This document shows, piece after piece, positions 1 through 8,867 of a stretch of DNA of 64,000 nt. The translations under genes were made by a program, and so were the position numbers. Location: assembly GCA_041662725.1 (NCBI GenBank), contig JBAZRX010000001.1, positions 85 through 64,084 on the forward strand. The letters are read 5' to 3'. A model generated the notes under the pieces. That model was not told the origin of the DNA. It did not search any database and saw nothing but the letters and a program-made list of their open reading frames with translations. Each line of letters begins with the position of its first letter. Position 1 is the first letter of the stretch. The stretch comes from Minisyncoccota bacterium (lineage in GTDB: Bacteria > Patescibacteriota > Minisyncoccia > Phycocordibacterales > PALSA-1337).

Positions 1-144
1 AAAACCGTTATCCACAGTTACTGCTTGCAGGTTTTTATCGGTAACATAGATATGGCTACAGAGGATAATCGTCGTAAAGATGCTTATTTGTTAACCAAAG
101 GCTACCGATAATGGTGGCTTTTTTTATACTTAAACAAGGATTAA

Positions 145-1059
145 TCAAAACGCAAAAGAAAAATAGCTCGTAACCTCATAGAATTGACTATGCAAAATCT
201 CGCCAGCATTGGTGTGATAGATCAAATCAAAATCGTCTATACCTTTTTTCTCCATAACCATAAGCAGTGCAATGATCGATGGTGGCGAATCTACATATGC
301 ACTATTTAAATTAATTATTTTTTCATAATCCTTAGCTCTCATAAGTTTCAGTGTGATCTCATCATTTATTTCAGCCTGACTTTTATCTTGATAATGAGAA
401 AAATCCATTGAAGCCAATATCACCGTCTTTTTATTTATTCTTGGAACAAGAGTTTCGACCATATTTTTTATTTGTTCCATTTCAAGATTTCCTGAAAGAA
501 TTATTGGAACAACTTTAGCATCAGGAATATAATATTTTATGAATGGCACAATACTTCCAATGGAATGCTCCTTATCAAGTACTTCTTCGTCAAGATAAAG
601 TATTTTCTTATCATTTAATTCTCTAACAAACTCAATATCCGGCTCAACAATCCCAAAAGGAGTTTCCCAGCCAGAAGTACTAGATAAAATCGGTTCTTCA
701 CCAAGTTCATAATGGTTAGGACCAATAAGAATTATTGTCTCTGGTTTTTGTTTCGCCAAATTTTTGAAAAAATCAGCAATAATGAAACTCGGCAACAAAT
801 GATGAGGAACTACCCCACCGATAATCGGCTTGGGGTAGTTTTTATCACTATATTTAACTTTCTCAATCGCATCTGTAAAAGTTGAAGAATCGAAGAAATA
901 AGCTTGATGGGTAGATGAGGCAATAGATTTATTAAGATTTTCTTCCTTAAACTTAACCTCTGTTGTTGGATAGACTACAAATATAAAAATAATGCAGATC
1001 AAAATACTAAATAGTATTTTATACGCGAGATGATATTTTTTTATATTTATCATATCCAT
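145..1059 (-). CDS. MEMO1-family protein (AmmeMemoRadiSam system protein B-like) with N-terminal signal/TM segment
   Basis: 304 aa. Motifs 'IIGGVVPHHLL', 'ILIGPNHYELGEEPILS', 'WETPFGIV' and 'MDFSHY' align with conserved MEMO1/UPF0103 blocks (APHAGY..., LGPSHH..., DxSH). Hydrophobic N-terminus 'ILFSILICIIFIFVV'. 3' end overlaps the start of the A2M gene by 41 nt. Confidence 0.8.
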   Translation of the reverse strand: MDMINIKKYHLAYKILFSILICIIFIFVVYPTTEVKFKEENLNKSIASSTHQAYFFDSSTFTDAIEKVKYSDKNYPKPIIGGVVPHHLLPSFIIADFFKNLAKQKPETIILIGPNHYELGEEPILSSTSGWETPFGIVEPDIEFVRELNDKKILYLDEEVLDKEHSIGSIVPFIKYYIPDAKVVPIILSGNLEMEQIKNMVETLVPRINKKTVILASMDFSHYQDKSQAEINDEITLKLMRAKDYEKIINLNSAYVDSPPSIIALLMVMEKKGIDDFDLIYHTNAGEILHSQFYEVTSYFSFAF

Positions 1060-4000
1060 GTGTTATACCAGCAATAATCAACATTAACAGAATAATATAT
1101 CCCATAACTCTATATTTTGTCTGCATATCACTTACACCTGTTTGATCTCCCTGATTAAATACCGACTTTGATTTCTGTCCCGTAATAGTAACAACATCTG
1201 TTCCTGTACGACCGTTGATCTCTGGTTCGTACATGAGACTAGCACGTGCTGGTGGAACATTGAATGTCCCCCTAGACACAACTCTCGCCTGATAAGTTAA
1301 ATCCATAGTACTATTGTGGACATAAGAGAACGATGCAATAATTCCATTTTTTGTATATTCTCTATCACCTCCCCAGTAATAATACGAGGAAGGATTGTAA
1401 GCAGAAGATGATCTTTCGTTCTCAAAACTCTTATTTATCGGGACAAGTCCTGCTGGTAGTTCATCTTCAATCACAAGATATCGACTTTCAGGAGGAATAT
1501 TCAAAACCCGAATATTAATATCAACAACATCCCCTATCCCAAAACTACTACTATAAGTTCTCGTAATATCCAGACCGTTATTTTTAGAAGCCGAATCTTT
1601 ACCAGTTCTAAATTGATCAAATACAAATGTTGAATAGATTTGATTATCATTCAATGGTTCAATACGAAGTCTTGCACCATGTGTAAGAAGGTTTGGATCA
1701 ATAGAAATTGTTTTAGTATCAAATACTCCCTGAAGTGTTCCGCTGTCTATCATTTTTTCGCCAATCAAAACTTTGTAAGATGTACTACTTCCTTTACTAT
1801 ACTTTTTAGTAAATTCAAGAAGAGCGTCTATAGTTTGTGACGTAGCAAAAGTATTATGCCAATAATCAGATTTCCTTTCAGAAACAAGATATCTAGCGGC
1901 CCCAATCGTCATTTCTTCCGATGCACCAGCCTCAAGCAAAGCTCTCAGAGCCAAAGCTGTGGAAGCTTCACGAGACCCAAAGAATTTCCAAGTTCCAGCA
2001 TTCCAATACTTCTTACCATTTTCTTCATATGCAGTTTCCTGTAGAAGATCATAGCCATTGGTACTTCGATCTGTAAAACCGTTTCGAATATTAGACAATA
2101 ACCCTAAAGCTATTATATCTGGTGTTGAAGTACCAAAGTTTTTTATTTCTTCCTTTCCAAGTGGAGAATCGAGAAGTGACAAGGTATAAATGTAGCCAAT
2201 ACGTGTTATAGGATCACTAATCTTCGGTAACTCATTTTCAAATCGTGTTTTTGTTGATTCATACAAATCTCTTGGAACAACTGCACCTATTTTCTCAGCT
2301 CTCTTCAGATATTCGATAACATAACCAGTGATAAATGGGTTAACTTCTCCATACCACCATCCCCAACCACCTCGGCCATCTTTCAGAATGGATAACCTAT
2401 CTATTCCAGTTTTCATAAAACCCTGCAAATCCTTATCGCCAATTATTTTTCTGAAGATAGATTCATTTTCTTTGATAATCACCGCCGGCACAAAACGACT
2501 CGTGGTTTGTTCCACACATCCATATGGATATTGCAACAAATAATCAATAGCTGGAGGTAAAGTACCAAACAATGAGGCTGACAGATATAGATTGGCTTTT
2601 GATGATGAAGCATTCGTATCTGGGAATCGAATCGTATCGTAAATCACATTACCCTCTCCAACAAACGAAGTCCTCTCATTAAAACCAAATTCTTGTACAG
2701 GAATCTTTACACTCACAATATCTTTTTCTTCAGGATTATTATTGGACTGTAAACTTGTTTTAACTTCAGCAATTCCAGGTTTAAGAACATTCAATTTCCA
2801 TAAAGTTTCAACGAAACTATTATTATCAATAATAAGAGATACTGTTTTATTACCAATCACACTGCCTCCCATGAAAGACAGAGCATTTTCGAATTGTTTA
2901 CTTGATCCAGTAAAGTTATGAGAGAGAGTGGATATAGTCACATCATCTCCAATTCTCAGAATATTAGGAAGGATCGGACGAACTATTACGGATTTTGTTA
3001 CAAGCAAATCAGTAGCATTTTCACCGACTTTAGTATCGTAAGTCACGGCCAAACCTTGGACTAACCAAGTAGTCAAATTGTCTGGTAATACAAATCTTAC
3101 AACGGCATTACCATTTGCATCTGTTTGTATTTGAGGATTCCAATATGCTACATCAGCGAAACTATCCCTTACACTTCCCCCATCACCTTTTTGGTTGTGA
3201 ACATATATGTTACCAGCAAAATATGTTGCCTTGTTTTCTACTGTGAGATTATAAACCGCTGTTTTACCAGCTTGCCACTCGATTGAATTTACTTTTACTT
3301 CTTTGTTATTTTTATCAATCAATAAATCACCAATCTGGATATTCCCCACATCTTTCCAGCTATTATTAACCCACACACGATGCTCTGGAGTAACTTTTAT
3401 ATTGCCATTCAATATCAAATAACCATCCGTAATTATTGAATGAACTTTTTTTACAGTAGCTTTTACTAATGTTGGATCAATTTCACTCCTTCTGGTCAAA
3501 ACCTGATCGCCAACTTTAATATCTTTTATCTGTTTTAGACCATTTGGTGTAAGTATCAAAGTTTCTCCAACAAAACATCCTTTTTCAGCTCCGCCACTTG
3601 ATGTAATCCCTTCAAATGAATTTTTATAGCTTGTAGAATTATATCTCTTACCCCAAAACACATCTATAATTTTGGCCCTCTGTTCGCTTATAAGCTCATA
3701 GAGTGATTTATCAACAGCCCATACAGCAACTTCAGAAGAGATTGGCAAACCGGAAGAATCAGTAGTTTTTATCCGAAGCTCCACAGTTTCTCCTGGAGCA
3801 TACTTTTTAGCACCTGGAATAATAGATACATTTATTTCTTTACTACTCTTACTGAGAGTTACTGCTTTTGATGAGGAATTGAATAAATGATTTCCTTTAG
3901 TTGTAAAAGTAGAGGCAGATACAAAAACATTTGGCAGATCAGTATTGAATGTAGGGACATAGATTGTACTTGTATATCCAGGAACTGATGTTACAAAATA

Positions 4001-6004
4001 TCTTCTGACCCTATCACGTTCAATAGTTATTAAGACATCCTTATTAGGATCTCCTAGAGAGATGTTTACAGGAACATTCTCGCCAGGAGAAAATTCTCTA
4101 TCCTGTGCTTTCAACGTAACAACTCCAGAACTGTTCTCGGTGTAATAAGGCACATTCTCTTTTGTAATCCATAAAGATAATTTCTTTTCATAAATATTAC
4201 CTTGTCGATCAGAAACTTTAAGATACAAACTATGACTACCTGTTTTCTGAGGAACGTACACTACTACCGCTTCACCTTTGTCATTTGTAGTAACAGAAAA
4301 GTTTGGTAGGTTTTCCTCAACAAAATGATAATTATAATAACCTTGTGAATTTAAAAGATTTTTATCATCTCTTAACCACTCTCCACGAATTGGAAACACA
4401 GAAATATTTACATTAGAAACTGGAGCATCAGAGTGAGATAGAAGCGTTAGTGGTATTGATATTGATTGCTCAGCTTTTGCATAATATTCGTAGTTACCAG
4501 CACGGATACTATATTCATTTCCTCGTAGCAAAATATTTTTACTAGCTCTAACAGGATTACCACTCTGATCTTGATAACTCGCTTCCACAGAAATAATAGA
4601 AAAGGCATCTCTAGGAAGCATATACGTACCAAAAACAATTTCAGCTTCACCTTTATCATTCAATTCAATCTCTTCATTTTTGATTTCATTTTTTCCGTAA
4701 TAATACCCGCTATAACCATATTTTTTGTAATATTCTAAATTCTCCTCTGTGTAATATTGATTCGCAGAATATTTGACTGAATATTTAACTTTTCCACCAG
4801 AGATTGCTTGACCAGAAAAATACTTACCAGAAAAATGAAGTGAGACGTTTTCTCCTTGTAAAAATTCATCTTTTTCTACATTAATGTCTAAATTATATTC
4901 AGGTTTTCGATAATATTCGACATTAAAATCTGTAACTGTACGTAAATACCATTCCCTATCAGATGTTTCGCCTATATTTACTGATATTTGGTAGGTTCCA
5001 GGACGTGCAGTATTTTCAAGACTGTATTCACCAGATATTGTCCCATTAGCAGAAATTGGATATTTCTTCTCAAATAACAGATTCGTCGAATTGTAATCCT
5101 TATACACCTTTACTGTAACCAATCCAGTAGGAATACTATACTCCGCATTGTCATCATTTCGAATAATTGCTTTAAAATAAACTTTATCACCGGGAGTATA
5201 GAGAGGTCGATCTGTAAAAAGTAAGTACTTTGTATTTACCTTGGAAGTACTGAAGTTTTGGTAATTATAATAATCACTCGGTAGATTCAATATTATCAAC
5301 GTCTGACCTTCTGATGAATTTACAAACCCAACATCGGCATTTACTGATTGTAATGTTTTTGCAATCCCGTCTGAATCTATTGGCGAACTAGAAAGATAAG
5401 TAGGTTTATCTTTGAGACTAAATATTTCAATGCTTCCAGAATTAACTTTTTTCCCTGTAACTATGTTTTGAGTCCATAAAATAATTTCCTTATTACCTTC
5501 TCTGGCCATAGTACCGATCGATGTACGTACCACAGCTGAAAATGTTTGTTCACCATCTGAACTGTATGCCCGCAAAAGCCAAAAACCAACTCCTTCTATC
5601 GGTAACAATGTTTTTTCTCCTATCCCCTTAGTATCAATTGTCACAATTTTTTTCAACTTAGAAACATCCGGAACATTCGCTATGTACTTTTCACTATTAT
5701 CAACCTTATATGTCAAAAAATTCAAAAATTCATCTTTTGAAAAATTATAAACATCTATTTTTACATCTCGTTTAACATCATCATAAGCAGAAATCTTTAT
5801 TGATGGCTCTTGATGTGTCCCCCATACAATCAATCTGCGACTTGAATATTGACCTTCAACAGCATCAACAATACCAATTTTTCTATAAGTATTATCTGCT
5901 GAAACATAATGACTAGAATTTAACAACACCACTATTGCAGTTGTAATCAATAAAACCACCGCAATAACTTTTGAAAGTCTATTCAAATTCACATTTTTGG
6001 GCAT
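1019..6004 (-). CDS. alpha-2-macroglobulin family protein (thioester-containing), membrane-anchored, with internal Hint/BIL domain
   Basis: 1661 aa. N-terminal hydrophobic anchor. 'YPYGCVEQTT' thioester CxEQ motif. 'VLPDNLTTW' A2M-domain motif. Size matches bacterial A2M (ECAM/YfhM, ~1650 aa). Repeated Ig-like beta-rich segments. Confidence 0.85.
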   Translation of the reverse strand: MPKNVNLNRLSKVIAVVLLITTAIVVLLNSSHYVSADNTYRKIGIVDAVEGQYSSRRLIVWGTHQEPSIKISAYDDVKRDVKIDVYNFSKDEFLNFLTYKVDNSEKYIANVPDVSKLKKIVTIDTKGIGEKTLLPIEGVGFWLLRAYSSDGEQTFSAVVRTSIGTMAREGNKEIILWTQNIVTGKKVNSGSIEIFSLKDKPTYLSSSPIDSDGIAKTLQSVNADVGFVNSSEGQTLIILNLPSDYYNYQNFSTSKVNTKYLLFTDRPLYTPGDKVYFKAIIRNDDNAEYSIPTGLVTVKVYKDYNSTNLLFEKKYPISANGTISGEYSLENTARPGTYQISVNIGETSDREWYLRTVTDFNVEYYRKPEYNLDINVEKDEFLQGENVSLHFSGKYFSGQAISGGKVKYSVKYSANQYYTEENLEYYKKYGYSGYYYGKNEIKNEEIELNDKGEAEIVFGTYMLPRDAFSIISVEASYQDQSGNPVRASKNILLRGNEYSIRAGNYEYYAKAEQSISIPLTLLSHSDAPVSNVNISVFPIRGEWLRDDKNLLNSQGYYNYHFVEENLPNFSVTTNDKGEAVVVYVPQKTGSHSLYLKVSDRQGNIYEKKLSLWITKENVPYYTENSSGVVTLKAQDREFSPGENVPVNISLGDPNKDVLITIERDRVRRYFVTSVPGYTSTIYVPTFNTDLPNVFVSASTFTTKGNHLFNSSSKAVTLSKSSKEINVSIIPGAKKYAPGETVELRIKTTDSSGLPISSEVAVWAVDKSLYELISEQRAKIIDVFWGKRYNSTSYKNSFEGITSSGGAEKGCFVGETLILTPNGLKQIKDIKVGDQVLTRRSEIDPTLVKATVKKVHSIITDGYLILNGNIKVTPEHRVWVNNSWKDVGNIQIGDLLIDKNNKEVKVNSIEWQAGKTAVYNLTVENKATYFAGNIYVHNQKGDGGSVRDSFADVAYWNPQIQTDANGNAVVRFVLPDNLTTWLVQGLAVTYDTKVGENATDLLVTKSVIVRPILPNILRIGDDVTISTLSHNFTGSSKQFENALSFMGGSVIGNKTVSLIIDNNSFVETLWKLNVLKPGIAEVKTSLQSNNNPEEKDIVSVKIPVQEFGFNERTSFVGEGNVIYDTIRFPDTNASSSKANLYLSASLFGTLPPAIDYLLQYPYGCVEQTTSRFVPAVIIKENESIFRKIIGDKDLQGFMKTGIDRLSILKDGRGGWGWWYGEVNPFITGYVIEYLKRAEKIGAVVPRDLYESTKTRFENELPKISDPITRIGYIYTLSLLDSPLGKEEIKNFGTSTPDIIALGLLSNIRNGFTDRSTNGYDLLQETAYEENGKKYWNAGTWKFFGSREASTALALRALLEAGASEEMTIGAARYLVSERKSDYWHNTFATSQTIDALLEFTKKYSKGSSTSYKVLIGEKMIDSGTLQGVFDTKTISIDPNLLTHGARLRIEPLNDNQIYSTFVFDQFRTGKDSASKNNGLDITRTYSSSFGIGDVVDINIRVLNIPPESRYLVIEDELPAGLVPINKSFENERSSSAYNPSSYYYWGGDREYTKNGIIASFSYVHNSTMDLTYQARVVSRGTFNVPPARASLMYEPEINGRTGTDVVTITGQKSKSVFNQGDQTGVSDMQTKYRVMGYIILLMLIIAGITHGYDKYKKISSRV
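2507..2518 (-). other. thioester motif CVEQ of A2M
   Basis: Codons for C-V-E-Q; Cys at 2516..2518 on the minus strand. Confidence 0.8.
3194..3577 (-). other. Hint (intein-like / bacterial intein-like) domain embedded in the A2M ORF (residues 810-937)
   Basis: Begins 'CFVGETLILTPNGLK' (Hint block A with Cys1) and ends 'NIYVHN' (block G, terminal Asn). 128 aa with no endonuclease domain. +1 residue is Gln. Confidence 0.65.
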
Positions 6005-6094
6005 AAAAATAATTTATCGTCTAGTAATATAGGCATTATACAACAAAGAAACAAGAAGAGTTTTGCGAATCAGAGATAAATTCCCTGTGGTAAC

Positions 6095-6598
6095 TTACCT
6101 CACCAACGATAAATCACCGTTAACAATTACAGGTTTCATTCCTATAATTTCTTGTTTATAAGTAAGTTCTGATGATATTGAATTTAATATGTATATTTTC
6201 TTCCTGAGATAAAAAGCAACACCAATCTCAATCAAAGTGTTACCACCAACATATCCGCTAATACCTCTTTTATCGGGATTGATAACCAAGATCCCATCAC
6301 ACCAATCAATCTTCTCGTAATGATCTCTGATAGCCCCTTCTTTGAGATCCCAGATCTTGTGTCCTATCGGAAATCCGTCAATACCGCCATTCTGTTCGAT
6401 ATATTGACCAAAATAGACTTTTTTACCACCACCAAATTCTGGCGGAACTTCTAAAGCAAGTTCAGGTATTTTCACTTCAAAACCACGTTTGACTAACTCA
6501 TCCCTAGCTTGTTCCATTTCTTTATAAAAACCAATACTGCCACAAATTGTTATTTTCATAATTTTATTTATTAGATTATCTTTAATTCTTTTAACCAA
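6095..6598 (-). CDS. nucleoside 2-deoxyribosyltransferase-like / DNPH1(Rcl)-like protein
   Basis: 167 aa. 'MKITICGS...' start like NDT-family proteins. 'YVGGNTLIEIGVAFYLRKKIYIL' matches the catalytic-Glu block (GTxxExGxAxxxGKP). True start may be the internal Met (~6559). Overlaps the NUDIX gene by 28 nt. Confidence 0.5.
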   Translation of the reverse strand: MVKRIKDNLINKIMKITICGSIGFYKEMEQARDELVKRGFEVKIPELALEVPPEFGGGKKVYFGQYIEQNGGIDGFPIGHKIWDLKEGAIRDHYEKIDWCDGILVINPDKRGISGYVGGNTLIEIGVAFYLRKKIYILNSISSELTYKQEIIGMKPVIVNGDLSLVR

Positions 6599-7038
6599 TC
6601 ATACCAGACCGGCTCCAAACCTGGCGACTCTTCCCACTCATTTTGCTTGATATCTCCACTAAGATATCTTTCGGTTTTATCTGCAAGTAATTTCAAATCA
6701 TCAGATGAATAAAATCCCGCTTGCTTCGTTTCATCTTCGCTCCTTTTTACCTCTCCGCTAGTTTCAACTTTATATATTTTCCAATAATGCCAACTACCAC
6801 CTTCCCGACGACACGGATTTTCTTTTCGACCTTCAATCAATAATTCAATATTTTTTGAATCTAATCCAACTTCTTCTTTGAGCTCACGTTCTGCGGAATG
6901 TTCAAAGGAACTATCTAGATCGAGATGACCAGCTGGAGGTGCAAAACCAAATGGCGGTCTTTTTCTTTCGATCAGCAGTAACTTCCCATCTTTCCAGACC
7001 AACATCCCGACGCTCTTGTTGTCACATTTATTTGTCAT
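6571..7038 (-). CDS. NUDIX hydrolase
   Basis: 155 aa. Nudix box 'GHLDLDSSFEHSAERELKEEVGL' (GX5EX7REUXEEXGU). Confidence 0.8.
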   Translation of the reverse strand: MTNKCDNKSVGMLVWKDGKLLLIERKRPPFGFAPPAGHLDLDSSFEHSAERELKEEVGLDSKNIELLIEGRKENPCRREGGSWHYWKIYKVETSGEVKRSEDETKQAGFYSSDDLKLLADKTERYLSGDIKQNEWEESPGLEPVWYDWLKELKII

Positions 7039-7178
7039 GTTATTTTAATTTCTTTACAAATTCTACTGGTGAAGAAATAATTTCCCTGAAAAGAATGTAA
7101 CTGCACAATAGCTGTTTTCATGATTGATAATTATACTACATCGATATAATAAATAACCCTAGACTTATGGCCTTTTTA

Positions 7179-8219
7179 TTACACAACTTTTCTTATTTTT
7201 TTTGAAGATGATTTTCTAACCTTTACACTTTCGATTGCTTTCAATGCAACTTCATCAAAATCGACATCTTGTTTGGCTTCTATCTGTTTATATTCATCAA
7301 ACTTTTTCTCTGCAATTTCCTTCATTAATTCATGAGAAATTCTACCAGCTGACTGCAAAATATCTCTCCCATTCAACTTCAAGAAACCATCCAGCTTTTC
7401 TATCCAATTTTTCATAGTCATAGGTATTCTACGACGAGCTTGTTCGGTAGCGAAAATCAGATACTGTTCAACAAGAGCGTTGAGTTGTGTTAATTCCTCA
7501 ATATTATAATAATTTTTAGCAATTATAACTTCTTCTTTTGTCGGTTTGGCTCCCCTCCAATTAGTAAGTCCTAAATTATTTTTACCACTATCAATCCTAC
7601 CAACAACAATTTCCGCCGCAGTGTTCCCTGTAACCGCATAATGTACTTTATTTTGTACTGTTTTAAAAAATAAAAGACTTTGATCATCTGTTGGATCATA
7701 ATCAACACTGGTTGCGTATATATCAGTAATCTTCCTGTAAAATCGCTTCTCAGAAGAGCGGATATCAGCAATCCTCTGTGTTAATTCTTCAAAATAATCA
7801 AATGGCAAGTCGGGATTTTTCAGGCGCTCATCATCCAGAACAAAGCCTTTGACTACATACTCACTAAGCCTAGCTGTTGCCCATTGGCGAAAAGCAGTAG
7901 CGACAGAACTTTTGACACGATAGCCTACAGAAATAATCATATCTAAATTATAGTACTCAACATCCCTAGAAACCGCTCTACTACCTTCTTTTTGAACTGT
8001 AAAGAATTTCTTTACAGTTGAATCTTCTGATAATTCTTTCTCCTCAATTACATTTTTTATATGCTGACCAATGTTTTGCTTCGTTGTTTGGAATAAGTCA
8101 GCTAAAGCATTTTGTGTCAACCACACCGTATCACCATCAAAACGAACATCGATTTTGACGTTTCCTTTTTGATCTTTATATATAACGATTTGTGAGTTGG
8201 AAGCTTTCATCCCTATCAT
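7179..8219 (-). CDS. RhuM-family (virulence-protein RhuM-like) protein
   Basis: 346 aa. 'YYNLDMIISVGYRVKS' and overall length/composition typical of Virulence_RhuM family proteins. Confidence 0.65.
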   Translation of the reverse strand: MIGMKASNSQIVIYKDQKGNVKIDVRFDGDTVWLTQNALADLFQTTKQNIGQHIKNVIEEKELSEDSTVKKFFTVQKEGSRAVSRDVEYYNLDMIISVGYRVKSSVATAFRQWATARLSEYVVKGFVLDDERLKNPDLPFDYFEELTQRIADIRSSEKRFYRKITDIYATSVDYDPTDDQSLLFFKTVQNKVHYAVTGNTAAEIVVGRIDSGKNNLGLTNWRGAKPTKEEVIIAKNYYNIEELTQLNALVEQYLIFATEQARRRIPMTMKNWIEKLDGFLKLNGRDILQSAGRISHELMKEIAEKKFDEYKQIEAKQDVDFDEVALKAIESVKVRKSSSKKIRKVV

Positions 8220-8345
8220 ATTACTCTGATTTATTTATTTTTCATCTTTACAATCTTGTCTAATCCAACTCAAATACAAAACCATTCCTACTCCAAAACC
8301 AAAGTGGTGGATGCATGTCGATAGATTGTTATCAATCCTCATATT

Positions 8346-8600
8346 TTACGACAAGTGTTTTGAAACCAACTTTGTCATTTCAAACATATTGACTACATCC
8401 TTACCTCCGAACACCTTCTTCAATGCTTCATCAGCATTAATATTGCGCTTATTCTTTGGATCCTGAAGATTCTTACCTTTAATGTATACCCAGATTTTCT
8501 TAACAACTTCCGATCTTGGCATAGGTCCAGGACCAATTACAACAGCCAAATCGGCGCTGATATTTAATGGCTTCATAAACGCAGAATTCTCTTTTGTCAT
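8346..8600 (-). CDS. SWIB/MDM2 domain protein
   Basis: 84 aa. 'PRSEVVKKIWVYIKGKNLQDPKNKR...ADEALKKVFG...MFEMTKLVSKHL' matches the SWIB fold consensus. Confidence 0.7.
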   Translation of the reverse strand: MTKENSAFMKPLNISADLAVVIGPGPMPRSEVVKKIWVYIKGKNLQDPKNKRNINADEALKKVFGGKDVVNMFEMTKLVSKHLS

Positions 8601-8721
8601 ATTATTTAAAAAATTATTATTAAACTTTACCTAATAAACTATATCCTAACTAATACTAAACTCCTAATAGGCTTATTTCGTTATTTTGAAGAAATAAATT
8701 TTCTATTAAGGTACGGATCAT

Positions 8722-8814
8722 TGGCGGAGAGGGCGGGATTCGAACCCGCGAAGCCGTTTAACGGGCTTACCTCGTTAGCAGTGAGGCGCTTTCGACCAGC
8801 TCAGCCACCTCTCC
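8722..8814 (-). tRNA. tRNA-Ser (anticodon GCU), class II with long variable arm, CCA encoded
   Basis: rc reads GGAGAGG-TG-GCT...; anticodon loop CUGCUAA (identical to E. coli tRNA-Ser GCU); T-arm GCGGG-TTCGAAT-CCCGC; acceptor CCTCTCC-G-CCA. Confidence 0.85.
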
Positions 8815-8867
8815 CCGATAGATTCATTCTTGCATAAAAACATTTATATTTCTAGTATAATAAACTT

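Noticed and set aside
1640-2543. Several small plus-strand ORFs (1640..1840, 1856..2044, 2328..2543) inside the A2M gene
   Set aside because: Antisense to a well-supported long CDS; typical shadow ORFs.
3194-3577. Canonical self-splicing intein in the A2M gene
   Set aside because: The +1 residue after the terminal Asn is Gln rather than Cys/Ser/Thr, so standard splicing chemistry is not supported. Reported instead as a BIL/Hint-type autoprocessing domain.
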